From: Candidatus Heimdallarchaeota archaeon | Lineage (GTDB): Archaea > Asgardarchaeota > Heimdallarchaeia > Heimdallarchaeales > Heimdallarchaeaceae | NCBI GenBank assembly: GCA_023270155.1 | Contig: JAGLTB010000040.1 | Location: forward strand, 5,644 to 69,643 | DNA length: 64,000 bases | Direction of reading: 5' to 3' | Shown here: positions 1 through 9,521 of the stretch, in pieces | Layout of the letters: each line of letters begins with the position of its first letter | How positions within the stretch are numbered: the stretch's first letter is position 1 | Notes under the pieces: model-generated | Told to the model about the DNA's origin: nothing | The model's input: only the letters and a program-made list of their open reading frames with translations | Database searches by the model: none | Program-made: the position numbers and the translations under genes

Positions 1-167
1 TATAGCATCTAGAAGGAGAAGGAGAGAGATTGTGGATACTCTCAGACGTTCCTTTTGAACAAATATAGATTCATCAGAGTCTTGAAACATTCAATAGATT
101 CTTCTTCTAGGAAAGTTATGAAGTTTTCGTTAAAACGACCTAAAGTTCTAATTTAAGTTGAAATTTC

Positions 168-2006
168 TTACTTTTTTTCTTTGTTTAGTACTTTAAACCA
201 TTTAGGAAATGCTGAAACACCTTTTTTTTCCGCATTAAATTCCCAGATTATTAATCCGCCTTCTGTTGAAACTTTGTTAAAATTAGATTCAGTAAAAAGC
301 CTCTCCATAGCTTCATTTCTTTCAGTTTTTTGGTATTTTCCGATAAGGACTTTAACATCTTCTTTCATTGCTTCTTTCATAAGATAAGATAGAAATGTTT
401 CTTCTACAGTTTTACCCATTGCTCTGCAAGAGAAAGTTAAGATCTCCATTGTCCATTTATCAACTTCTTTCTTTACAACTGTAACTCCGATTAATCCGTA
501 TTCTCCATATCTATCATAGAGATTGACTATATAAACTCCAAATTCTGAAGACCTGTGAAATTCTAATAATTCATCTTTTGAATAACGTACTGCTGTTGCA
601 TTCAGTTGATTTGTTCTTTGTATAAGCTCAGTTACTCTTCCAAGATTTTCATCTTTAGCTTCTCGCATCCAAATTTCCAAGCTACACGAAAGAAGGAATC
701 CCTCTTTATCTAAAGCAAACGTCTTTTCATCTACTTCTCTCTTTTTTTGCTCAACATACAATTGTGTTCGTTTTGCACTCTCGTCAGTCAGTTTCCCAAC
801 TGGTTCAAATTCAACTCTGTTTAATGTATGAATTAACTCTGTTTCCGGTAGAACTAAAACATCTGGTAAAAATAAGGCAATTTGATCTCTCTCATAGGGA
901 TTGTCATCAAAGAATGCGACAGAATCAAGACCAATATTTAGCTCTTCAGCTATTTCCATAATACTCTGTGCTTTATCATTCCAATTAATTTTCTTGATTA
1001 CAATAGAATCTGCGATTGGTCCTAATACCTTGTTAACTAACGGTTCTATCGTACTATCGTTTTTGCTTGCAATAGCTAGGATGATTCCTCTTCGAGTCAG
1101 GAATTTAAGTACGGTTAATCGATTTTCATAAACATTGATTCCTTCTACTCCATCATCACGTAATATTCCATCCCACATTGTATTATCTAGATCTAAGACG
1201 ACACATTTTATTTTTCGACCATGAGCTTTGACAACTTTGAGATGATCTACAAGCTCCATTGAGATTGTAACGGCACCTTCTCGAGTAAAGTGTTCATAAA
1301 CACCATCAGCATCATTTTCTCTGATTTGGAGTCCAGTTGCTGCTTTGAGAAAAGTTTCATTAACTGATAGAACATATAAATCCTCATCCTGCTTTGCTAA
1401 ATCATAGAAAGAGGATTCCAATCTATTCAGAAACTCCCTTAGGCTATAACTACGCTCTAAATTTTTATAATCAAATCTTCCGAATGCAGGTCTTATAACA
1501 AGTGGATAAGTCATGATAAAATAGATAGCATTAAGCTTTGTTTTAGCTTTCTCTATACCATTATGAAGACGTTGTTTGACGAATTCCAGTTGGTCATCTT
1601 GTGATTTGAAATCAGATTTGTTATGTTGAATAGAACCTATTTCACTTCTAATAAATTGAACATCACTTAGAACAACAATGTTTGGATTGAAAGCATATAC
1701 ACCACTTTTGAAATCACTTAAAACCAAATTGGGGTCAGGTGATTCATTATGATCAAAGGTTAGATAACATGAAACTCCATTCGCTTCAAAAAACTCTTTC
1801 ATAAATTCTAATTCGCATCCACCAACAAAAGCGATTCTTTGTTGTGTTAAGAAATCCTTGTCTTCTTTTGGAAGTTCAGTTGCTATATTAATAGGTCTAG
1901 CCGCTTGAGTGAGTCTTGTTAGCACTGTATTCCTGAACTTCTTGTCAGTAATCATTCGTTTCATAATAGAAAGAATTCTCTTCAAACTCATTTGTTTTTC
2001 ACCCAA
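168..2006 (-). CDS. FkbH-like HAD-IIIC family protein: N-terminal domain, HAD phosphatase core, GNAT-like C-terminal domain
   Basis: 612 aa ORF. HAD motif I DLDNTMWDG, motif II IASKN and motif IV FFDDNP are present. The C-terminal ~200 aa has an acetyltransferase-like beta-rich pattern. The gene sits 6 nt from the downstream deacetylase-like gene on the same strand. Confidence 0.5.
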   Translation of the reverse strand: MGEKQMSLKRILSIMKRMITDKKFRNTVLTRLTQAARPINIATELPKEDKDFLTQQRIAFVGGCELEFMKEFFEANGVSCYLTFDHNESPDPNLVLSDFKSGVYAFNPNIVVLSDVQFIRSEIGSIQHNKSDFKSQDDQLEFVKQRLHNGIEKAKTKLNAIYFIMTYPLVIRPAFGRFDYKNLERSYSLREFLNRLESSFYDLAKQDEDLYVLSVNETFLKAATGLQIRENDADGVYEHFTREGAVTISMELVDHLKVVKAHGRKIKCVVLDLDNTMWDGILRDDGVEGINVYENRLTVLKFLTRRGIILAIASKNDSTIEPLVNKVLGPIADSIVIKKINWNDKAQSIMEIAEELNIGLDSVAFFDDNPYERDQIALFLPDVLVLPETELIHTLNRVEFEPVGKLTDESAKRTQLYVEQKKREVDEKTFALDKEGFLLSCSLEIWMREAKDENLGRVTELIQRTNQLNATAVRYSKDELLEFHRSSEFGVYIVNLYDRYGEYGLIGVTVVKKEVDKWTMEILTFSCRAMGKTVEETFLSYLMKEAMKEDVKVLIGKYQKTERNEAMERLFTESNFNKVSTEGGLIIWEFNAEKKGVSAFPKWFKVLNKEKK

Positions 2007-2012
2007 GTAACC

Positions 2013-2924
2013 CTAATACCACCAATCCGCATGAATTAGTATTTGAACGACATCTCCTGATTTAGCTTCTTTTAATTTGTCAAAGATATGAAAGCCAGGA
2101 TGTTTAATCATGTTCTTTCCGCCTGTATCAGTTATATAGATATCTTTTTTCATATCGTAAGCTGACCAAACATCAAGCTTTGTTTTGTCTACTAAAGGCC
2201 AGATTTTTTGGTTTGAATATTTGTCTCCATGATGAGATACTACTTTGATTGGTATATACTCTCTTAATTTATTTAATTCCTTTGCAAATAGGTCTAATGC
2301 TTCTTCAGTATTTCCTTTTGTCTGGCTTAATACTTCGTAATGAAAGCCGATTTCAAAACCTTCAGATTGCAAATATTGTATAATGGGAATTGCTTTTTCA
2401 AAAACATATTTCTCAGAATGTAATCTGAAAAATGATGTTGAAATTATATCCTTTTCAATTTCTAATTTTATTATGTTTAAGAGTCTATTAAGGGATAAAT
2501 CAACATCATGTCTAAGAAAAATATGTATTTTGTTTTTATCAAGCTGTGATGTATGATCATATTCGCTGAAACGCTTTACTGAGTATTGTTCTTTTTTCAA
2601 TTCATCTAGAAAACCAGCATATACACTCAATCTATAATAGTTGCTCCATCTTCTGAAAGGATATATCAAGGAAAGATTCAATATTATTCCAATGCTGAGA
2701 ACTAAAGGTGCAATCCATCGAGGTGGTGACCATTCATAAATGTAGAGAATAAGATAACTACTGATAACCACTGACAGTAATGCGAAGAAATTCAATGGTT
2801 GATAAAAAGGAAGCATATCTATGAAAAGAGTAGCATAACGATTTTCTTGAATCAGAGAGAATATTAAGAAAATCCAAGTGAGTAGGGATATACCTAATAG
2901 AATTGCTACAATAATCCACAACAT
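2013..2924 (-). CDS. membrane-anchored putative carbohydrate esterase/polysaccharide-deacetylase-like protein
   Basis: 303 aa with N-terminal TM helices and an RHDVD motif that resembles divergent NodB/CE4-like deacetylases. Probably co-operonic with the FkbH-like gene. Confidence 0.35.
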   Translation of the reverse strand: MLWIIVAILLGISLLTWIFLIFSLIQENRYATLFIDMLPFYQPLNFFALLSVVISSYLILYIYEWSPPRWIAPLVLSIGIILNLSLIYPFRRWSNYYRLSVYAGFLDELKKEQYSVKRFSEYDHTSQLDKNKIHIFLRHDVDLSLNRLLNIIKLEIEKDIISTSFFRLHSEKYVFEKAIPIIQYLQSEGFEIGFHYEVLSQTKGNTEEALDLFAKELNKLREYIPIKVVSHHGDKYSNQKIWPLVDKTKLDVWSAYDMKKDIYITDTGGKNMIKHPGFHIFDKLKEAKSGDVVQILIHADWWY

Positions 2925-3040
2925 CGTTGATTATCTTAAATTCCATTAGTAGAAAAATCTTATGATTTAAATCCTTAAGTCTCTAATTGAACAGTAAGAA
3001 AAAGACTTAAAAGAATGAGGTTAAAGAAATTGATATACGC

Positions 3041-3140
3041 AGCGCCGTGGGGTAGCATGGAAAACCCGTCGGGCTCATAAATTTTAACCGTAAGGTTGAG
3101 AAACCCGAAGATCAATGGTTCAAGTCCATTCGGCGCTACC
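3041..3140 (+). tRNA. tRNA-Met (anticodon CAU), initiator-type, with a ~22-nt intron at the canonical 37/38 position and a genomically encoded 3' CCA
   Basis: Hand-folded cloverleaf. Acceptor stem AGCGCCG/CGGCGCT gives an A1:U72 pair. D-stem GGGT/ACCC. Anticodon stem TCGGG/CCCGA has three G:C pairs at positions 29-31:39-41. Anticodon loop is CTCATA-intron-A. Variable loop AGATC. T-arm AATGG-TTCAAGT-CCATT. Discriminator A is followed by CCA. Intron is approximately 3080-3101 and contains TTGAG able to pair with the CTCA of the anticodon loop, consistent with a bulge-helix-bulge substrate. Confidence 0.8.
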
Positions 3141-3189
3141 ATATTCTTTTTACAAAATCTTTATCAATTTCTGCACAAATTTAAAGAAA

Positions 3190-3606
3190 GTGAATCGCAA
3201 AACTCTCATTATTACGTCAGTGACTATTTCCGCTGCAATTTTAATCTCGCTTTCTCTAGGTCTTCCTCTTTACTTTCACTATAGTAGCATTCGCTATCCC
3301 CCGATTACAATTATCTCATATGAACTCAATCCTACTGCAGGTGAAGAATGGACACTTAATGTTTCTGCCATGACACCTAATGGCTGTTATCGCATGAAAA
3401 CACCTATTGTAGAGATTTCAGAGAAACAAGATTATACCGTTTTTATCACAGTAAAAGCTAAGTTTCAGAGAGGAGTTGTATGTGATCAAATGATCCATCA
3501 TACAAATTATCTTTTTCAAATAGTATATCCTCTATCTGGAAATTGGACAGTTCACTGTAACGAGAAAACAATTATAGTTTATGTTCAAGAGCCATGTTTT
3601 TGCTAA
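3190..3606 (+). CDS. hypothetical small membrane-anchored or secreted protein
   Basis: The ORF continues in frame from 3115 but overlaps the tRNA, so a GTG at 3190 is the more likely start. N-terminal hydrophobic segment followed by a Cys-containing beta-rich domain. No recognisable family. Confidence 0.3.
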   Translation: MNRKTLIITSVTISAAILISLSLGLPLYFHYSSIRYPPITIISYELNPTAGEEWTLNVSAMTPNGCYRMKTPIVEISEKQDYTVFITVKAKFQRGVVCDQMIHHTNYLFQIVYPLSGNWTVHCNEKTIIVYVQEPCFC

Positions 3607-4814
3607 AATGTTACTGTTTCCATTTCTTCTATAATTGCAATGGTTAGTTTATAGGCCTCTTGAAGAAGCTCTTCATCCACATTTTCAACTGTATCTTCTG
3701 TTGAATGCCACAGATCAAAAACATCATGTTTTCCATAACGAGCAATAGTAGCACCTTTGAAACCTCGCTTGGAGAAGCTTCCTGCATCTGTATTGCCATA
3801 ATGTATTTGAATTGCTCGCAATTCCATTTCTAATTTCTTTCCTACTTCTTGGATGAAAACAACCAATTCTTCATCATGTGCTACATTATTATCTCTTTCC
3901 TTGGAAATAACACCTAGGGTTCCGCGTCCCAAAACCTCGTAATTAATATTGATCACGTCATTTAGTTTGCTTAACCGTTTTTTGACATAATAATCACTTC
4001 CTACCAACCCCGGTTCTTCTCCTCCGAACGATATTAATCTTACTTCCAAGTTTTTAGGAGGATTCTCTTTAAGATAATTCCCGATTGCTATCAGCATTGA
4101 AACTGAAGTCAAATTATCGTTTGCTCCTATCAAAGGTGTTTTTGTGACCATATTCGACATGAAATAAAATGCTAGAATTAATCCAAGAAGAGCTGGTATG
4201 AAAATAACATCTGGCAAAACCCACCAGGATATAGAAATCACTCCAATATTATAACTAAAGAGTCCAACTATCCCCGCAGTAGGTAGAAAGAATGCAATTG
4301 ATTTCCATATCCCTGAAACAAGTAGAAACACAATACCCAATATTGCACCGTTTTGAATTAAATCAACCTTCGCAACGTTCTTTTCAAAAAGAGGCATATG
4401 AAATGCGGAATCATGATGCCCTGAGAAAATAAGTAATTTTTTCTTTTTATCAGTTGGAGAGAATTTTGCGATAACATTTTCACTTTCAGACTTCTTCACA
4501 AGCATATTAACTAAATTCTTATCCCGAAACCTAGCAAGATAATAGATTAGCAGCATTAAAATTGATAGAACAATTGCTAGTGGAGGTAGAATAAAGTAAA
4601 AGATTGCAGAGATGAAATAACCCCAAACTAGAAATTGTATCAAATATTGTAAAGACCTGCCTACAACTGAAAAAGATTCTAACTCAACGTCAGAGGAGAA
4701 TGATCTGAATTGCTGCTCAATATATTCAATTGTCTTATGATCTGCTTCTGAACCCGCTATTCGAGGTCCAAAATTATCAGCTATATGTTTTATTGAATCC
4801 AACATAGGTTTCAT
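3603..4814 (-). CDS. M28-family zinc aminopeptidase with inserted transmembrane segments
   Basis: M28 hallmarks are present: HHDS (Zn ligand), GGEEPGLVGS (catalytic Glu-Glu) and a C-terminal HSTEDT. Several hydrophobic TM helices are inserted between the motifs. Confidence 0.55.
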   Translation of the reverse strand: MKPMLDSIKHIADNFGPRIAGSEADHKTIEYIEQQFRSFSSDVELESFSVVGRSLQYLIQFLVWGYFISAIFYFILPPLAIVLSILMLLIYYLARFRDKNLVNMLVKKSESENVIAKFSPTDKKKKLLIFSGHHDSAFHMPLFEKNVAKVDLIQNGAILGIVFLLVSGIWKSIAFFLPTAGIVGLFSYNIGVISISWWVLPDVIFIPALLGLILAFYFMSNMVTKTPLIGANDNLTSVSMLIAIGNYLKENPPKNLEVRLISFGGEEPGLVGSDYYVKKRLSKLNDVININYEVLGRGTLGVISKERDNNVAHDEELVVFIQEVGKKLEMELRAIQIHYGNTDAGSFSKRGFKGATIARYGKHDVFDLWHSTEDTVENVDEELLQEAYKLTIAIIEEMETVTF

Positions 4815-5194
4815 TTCACTGAAATCAAAAAATAGTCTTATTTAAGTGTTAACAGATAAAATTAAGATACACTCTTTTCCTTTACTTTGTTCTCACGGTC
4901 TTTTAATCTAAGACTCACTTCGAATCTAATTTCATTAAGTTTCAAAAGAACAAAATCAACAGCATCCATATCGATTGCAGATGTTTGATCTGTAGGTCGT
5001 TTTAGGTTTTTCAGTAATTCTTCCCTTTCTATTTCGCTCATACAATCGCCTTGTTTCATCTTCTGTATGGATTTAATTGTTTTATCTATGAAAACTTATG
5101 AAACTCCTTTATTAATTCTTTGTAACATTAATCGAATACGGAAAATATTCCAATTAAAAAGTACAAAATATACGATAAAGCTTGTAAGGTGAAA

Positions 5195-5273
5195 GGAGGT
5201 ACAGAAGGGAGCAGATCATTAAAAGAACTGAAATTAATGGACGGACTAATTTTAATATTCCTCTCTGTACCTC
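5195..5273. repeat. inverted repeat: 10-bp perfect stem GAGGTACAGA/TCTGTACCTC flanking a ~58-nt loop, in an intergenic region
   Basis: Seen directly in the sequence at 5195-5205 and 5264-5273, within the 300-nt non-coding gap between the TetR gene and a small ORF. Confidence 0.4.
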
Positions 5274-5358
5274 TTAAGCTAGCGCTTGTTCAGACACTTA
5301 TATATTATGTCATTCTAATTATTAGAATGTAAAAACAAAGTGATGGTAGCATAGTAAA

Positions 5359-6000
5359 TTAACTTTGAACAAAAGCATTTAATTGCTCTTTTAATAATGC
5401 TATAACGAATCTTTGAAAATCTTCTGCTGCTCCAAAATAAGACATTTCTGTACCCGGATGAAAAACAACTGAATGTGAAACATAAGTAGCACCATGAACT
5501 ACTGACCACAGATACAATGCTAATTTTTCTACATCTACTTCTTTCAAAGTTCCAGCTTCATCTGCATTTCGTAAAACTACTACTAGTGTTTCTATAGTTT
5601 TTGGCTCAAATTCAAGCTCAGTAGGACCCACACTTTCAGCTGGAGGAGGGGGAAGTACAAACATCATTTGATATCTCCTGAAATTTTCTCCTGCAAACTT
5701 GAAATAAAAATATCCGAATTTTTCTAGTAATTCGACAAGAGTTCCTTTATGATTTTCAGCCATTCCTTTCAATGCTTCATCAAATTCTTTGAAATCATGT
5801 CGAATAATAGCATACCAGAGCTCCCTCTTGCTTGACCAATAATTGTAAAGATTAGTCTGAGACATTCCTAGACGATTAGCAACAGTTCTCATGCTAAAGC
5901 CCTTAAAGCCGTCAGTGAGGAAAATTTCTCTACTTGTTTCAATTATTTTTTTCATCTTTTCTGCTTTGGCTTCCTCAGATCGAGCTCTTGTCTTTGACAT
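5359..6000 (-). CDS. TetR/AcrR-family transcriptional regulator
   Basis: N-terminal HTH FSMRTVANRLGMSQTNLYNYWSSKRELW is typical of TetR_N. 213 aa. Confidence 0.7.
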   Translation of the reverse strand: MSKTRARSEEAKAEKMKKIIETSREIFLTDGFKGFSMRTVANRLGMSQTNLYNYWSSKRELWYAIIRHDFKEFDEALKGMAENHKGTLVELLEKFGYFYFKFAGENFRRYQMMFVLPPPPAESVGPTELEFEPKTIETLVVVLRNADEAGTLKEVDVEKLALYLWSVVHGATYVSHSVVFHPGTEMSYFGAAEDFQRFVIALLKEQLNAFVQS

Positions 6001-6080
6001 TTATATCCTATTTTTCTAGCATTTCATATTATTAAAGTTTTTTTAATTAACGGTGTTCATTTAAGCAAGGGGATGACGGA

Positions 6081-6422
6081 ATGGACCAATGTTCAACAAG
6101 CATAATTAAAAAACAAGGCATTAAAGACATGACATCATATATTCGAACGAAGATAAGACTACGACAGATAAGCGAGATATATTGTGAGTTGATAAAAATA
6201 AGAGATGAGGAGGTTCAACACACATGTCAAATAAGAAATATGCTTCAAGTTTTTGGAGGAGAAATGAGTCTTCATTGTTCAATAGATATAAGCAAAGAGA
6301 TCAATTCTCTCGCTCGGTTATTAGATGAAGGAATATCGGTCGCTAATTGGGAAGAGACCAATGATGTCATATTACAATTATATGAACATGTTCTTCGAAT
6401 ATGTAGTATAATTTACAAATAA
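6081..6422 (+). CDS. hypothetical protein
   Basis: 113 aa ORF divergent from the TetR gene. No recognisable motif. Confidence 0.3.
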   Translation: MDQCSTSIIKKQGIKDMTSYIRTKIRLRQISEIYCELIKIRDEEVQHTCQIRNMLQVFGGEMSLHCSIDISKEINSLARLLDEGISVANWEETNDVILQLYEHVLRICSIIYK

Positions 6423-6522
6423 CACCATCAGAGGTCTAAAAGTTTGTCTAAGGAAGTAAAATGTTCGCAAAAATATTTCCTTTAATAACTCTTTTCTATC
6501 ACTAATAGTTTGTTCTTTTAAG

Positions 6523-7487
6523 ATGCAGATATTTGAACGTAACTTGACCAAGACTCATGATATTGGAGAGGAGTGGCCATCTTTTTTGGGACATATAGAG
6601 TTAGGTGAAGCATTCATTATAGAAACAATGAATCAAGAATGTGTGCCTAATGGTCCGATTGAGATAGTAGGTGTAAAAAAGGATGATTGCGTTGCAATAC
6701 ACATTGAAAATATAGAAATAGATTCAAACAAAACTTACTATGCACCAAATGGCGGACCATTTTTTGAAGGCATGGGGGATCCAATTCCTATTGAATATCG
6801 AGAAGGATATTTTTATTGGCCTAAACATTTCAAGCTAAAAGCATCACCATCTGTTGGAAACATTGCAATACTGCCTGAGTACAATGAAGAAAATTTACAA
6901 GTGAGTCGTGAGATACTCTATGGCCCATATAAAGGGAAGCGAAATCCTAAAGGGTGGCGTACTATAGTTCGTGCACCTCGGGACAAGCATTCTCATCAAG
7001 ACTGTTGGGCACTAAAACTGGTAGTATTATACACATGAAAGCTCAGGTAGATGGATTGGGATCGTGTGTTGATGATGTTCATGCGTATATTGGACAAGGT
7101 GAAGTTGGTTTTGATGGAATTGGCGTATATGGTAAGATCCAATTAAGAGTTGAACGGTCAACAGACTGGTATGTAGACTGGCCAATTATTGAAACAGATG
7201 ATGAAATCATGGTGTTTAGTTCCTATACTTCTACTTATCCAAATCGGGAAAAACGTAGATACGTTGATGTTGTAAGAAATGCATATTGCGCTCTACGGGA
7301 AGTTGTTGCTCATAAGATTGGTGGAACAATTTCAGATGCAAATACAATAGTGGCTACAGCAACAAACATTCGAAATTGTGTAATATATGGATTGGGAGAT
7401 TATATTCAGAAGGTTGGACCAAGTGATCAACCTGATTATGATATTGCAGTTGTTGCATGTTTATCAAAGGATGTCTTTAGAGCATAA
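6523..7487 (+). pseudogene. formamidase/acetamidase (FmdA_AmdA family) gene split by a +/-1 frameshift between ~6954 and 7038
   Basis: ORF 6523-7038 (frame 1) carries NGPIEIVGVKKDDCVAIHIENIEI, matching the FmdA pattern GPvyVeGAepGDvL. ORF 6954-7487 (frame 3) carries HAYIGQGEVG, matching HAamGDGE. The two ORFs overlap by ~85 nt in different frames. Confidence 0.5.
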
Positions 7488-7646
7488 ACTAATTTATTTG
7501 CAAATTAAATATTAAATATTGGAAAATTTAAATTTTAGATTCAAGAAATAGCTAAATCTGTCTCATAATATTTTTAAGAAACATAACTGAATACAGTATA
7601 TCTTATCTAAAATATTGATGAATCTTAAAACGCGGAATGTTAGAAC

Positions 7647-8540
7647 ATGTCCTTTGTAAATTGGTTGAAAGACCCAGAGAGAATAATTTTAGGTGATGGC
7701 TCTAATGGAACTGAATTAATAAATAGGGGGTTCTCATCAGGGAAACCTCCAGATCTTTTAAACATACAAAATCCTGAAATAGTAAAATCTGTAATCAATT
7801 CTTTCTATTTAGCTGGAGCTGACATGGTTCAAACAATCACACTTAATGCAAGTTATATTCATCTGAAAAAACACAATTTAGAATCGAAATTGAAGGAAAT
7901 CAATAAACAAGCTCTACAGAATATTAAGGAAGTACGTCCTAAAGGAAAACTAATTGTTGGAGAAATTGGTCCATCTGGCGAGTTTCGAGATCCGTTAGGA
8001 TCAGGCACTTTTGAAAAATGGAAAGCCAGTTTCCTAAGACAGGTAGAGATTCTAGGAGGAGAGGAGGAGGAGGGTGTAGATCTTTGGCATGCTATGGGTT
8101 TCATTGATATCGAAGAAATGCATGCAGCGTTAACAGCAATTAAGGAAATCTCATCTAAACCTATCATTGCTTCATTTATTATTAACAAAGGAAAAAAAGG
8201 ATTCTATACTTTAATGGGAAATTCACTTGAGCAATGCATTCATCTTCTTGAAAAGGAAGAAGTTGATGTAATTGGTGCAAATTGCGATCCTGGTTCAACT
8301 TTATTTATTGATTTAGTTAGAGAAGCAAAAGAACTAACTGATTATCCTCTTTCAGTAAAGCCTAATGCTGGTAGGCCTTCTTTAGAAAATTACAAGACAG
8401 TCTATAATCAACCAGTTGAAGAATTTGCTCAAGATATTACAGCAATGATTGATCTAGGAGTAAAGGTTGTTGGAGGTTGTTGTGGGACAACTCCCAATCA
8501 CATTCAATCGGTAAGAAAATGGCTTGATGCTCAATCCTAA
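7647..8540 (+). CDS. homocysteine S-methyltransferase domain protein (Hcy-binding domain of methionine synthase type)
   Basis: 297 aa. Zn-binding GGCCGTTPNHI motif near the C-terminus and an N-terminal GDGSNGTEL, both typical of the Pfam S-methyl_trans family. Confidence 0.6.
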   Translation: MSFVNWLKDPERIILGDGSNGTELINRGFSSGKPPDLLNIQNPEIVKSVINSFYLAGADMVQTITLNASYIHLKKHNLESKLKEINKQALQNIKEVRPKGKLIVGEIGPSGEFRDPLGSGTFEKWKASFLRQVEILGGEEEEGVDLWHAMGFIDIEEMHAALTAIKEISSKPIIASFIINKGKKGFYTLMGNSLEQCIHLLEKEEVDVIGANCDPGSTLFIDLVREAKELTDYPLSVKPNAGRPSLENYKTVYNQPVEEFAQDITAMIDLGVKVVGGCCGTTPNHIQSVRKWLDAQS

Positions 8541-8750
8541 TACGATGTTGAGATTACGGACAATTTGACTATGACCTATCTTATTGTTAGGTATCTTTTT
8601 ATTTGGGTCTCCTTTTTAGAAGAGTTATCGAAATCGTTTTTTACATTTAGAAGAAGTAATTTAGATAGCATTTAAAAAAATGCACAGAAAGAGCAATGTA
8701 GAAGTTTTTTCAATCTACATTTATATTTCATAACATATTTATAGATAAAA

Positions 8751-9452
8751 ATGAATAATCATAAGATGGAGAAGATTAGCAGAAAAATGAAGTCAATAAA
8801 GACAAGAGACGCTCTAATCACATTAATTATGATTGTTTTTCTAACCATTCTTCTTCCGAGTTCTAGAGTTTCTTCTTACTTCAATACTTTTCTAGTTGAA
8901 GCTTATGAATACAAGCATATTATAGTTAACACAGGAGATCAGACATTCAATGTAAAACTTACAGTGGATCCTAAGTATGATTATTATCCAGTAATAATTT
9001 TTATTTTTAATAAAGAGAATTTCAATAATTGGAAAAACGAACGATCTTATAGTTTCATCAATGCTTTCTACAATCCAGATGGGGAGTATTATTTACACTT
9101 GAATGAAAATAGCAAATATTATCTAGTTATTGATAATACAGATAATTTTCTTGATTCAGAGATCAGGATCAGTCTTGGCAGTTACGGATTTTATGGAGGA
9201 GAGGTTTTTGTAAACGAAAATGAGTTGTCGAATCTCCTCTACATTTTATTCTCTCTAGTGCTTATTCCCATAACCTATTTAGCTGTACGTATGTCAAAAA
9301 GAAGAAAATTAGAATCTTCTGTAGATGCACAAGCAACAATAATTCACCCTTCGGATTCTCCCCCAGGATCAACTAAGTTCTGTAATGAGTGTTATTTTGA
9401 AATTGAGTCAGTAGCAAAAGTGTGTCCAAATTGTGGAAATAAATTCAGATAA
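8751..9452 (+). CDS. membrane protein with C-terminal zinc-ribbon
   Basis: N-terminal TM segment, a beta-rich central region, a second TM segment, and a C-terminal CNECYFEIESVAKVCPNCGNKF ribbon. Confidence 0.35.
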   Translation: MNNHKMEKISRKMKSIKTRDALITLIMIVFLTILLPSSRVSSYFNTFLVEAYEYKHIIVNTGDQTFNVKLTVDPKYDYYPVIIFIFNKENFNNWKNERSYSFINAFYNPDGEYYLHLNENSKYYLVIDNTDNFLDSEIRISLGSYGFYGGEVFVNENELSNLLYILFSLVLIPITYLAVRMSKRRKLESSVDAQATIIHPSDSPPGSTKFCNECYFEIESVAKVCPNCGNKFR

Positions 9453-9521
9453 ACAGTTTCTTTTTTCTTCATCTAGTATTTTCTGAATCTTTGTGCTACT
9501 AGACCCCAAATAATTTTAAGA

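Noticed and set aside
3115-3189. Annotated ORF start at 3115 overlapping the tRNA-Met gene
   Set aside because: The 5' part is tRNA sequence read in a protein frame. The ORF more likely begins at the GTG at 3190 or later.
5315-5509. 64-aa minus-strand ORF
   Set aside because: It overlaps the 3' end of the TetR gene in another frame. It has no motif and is most likely spurious.
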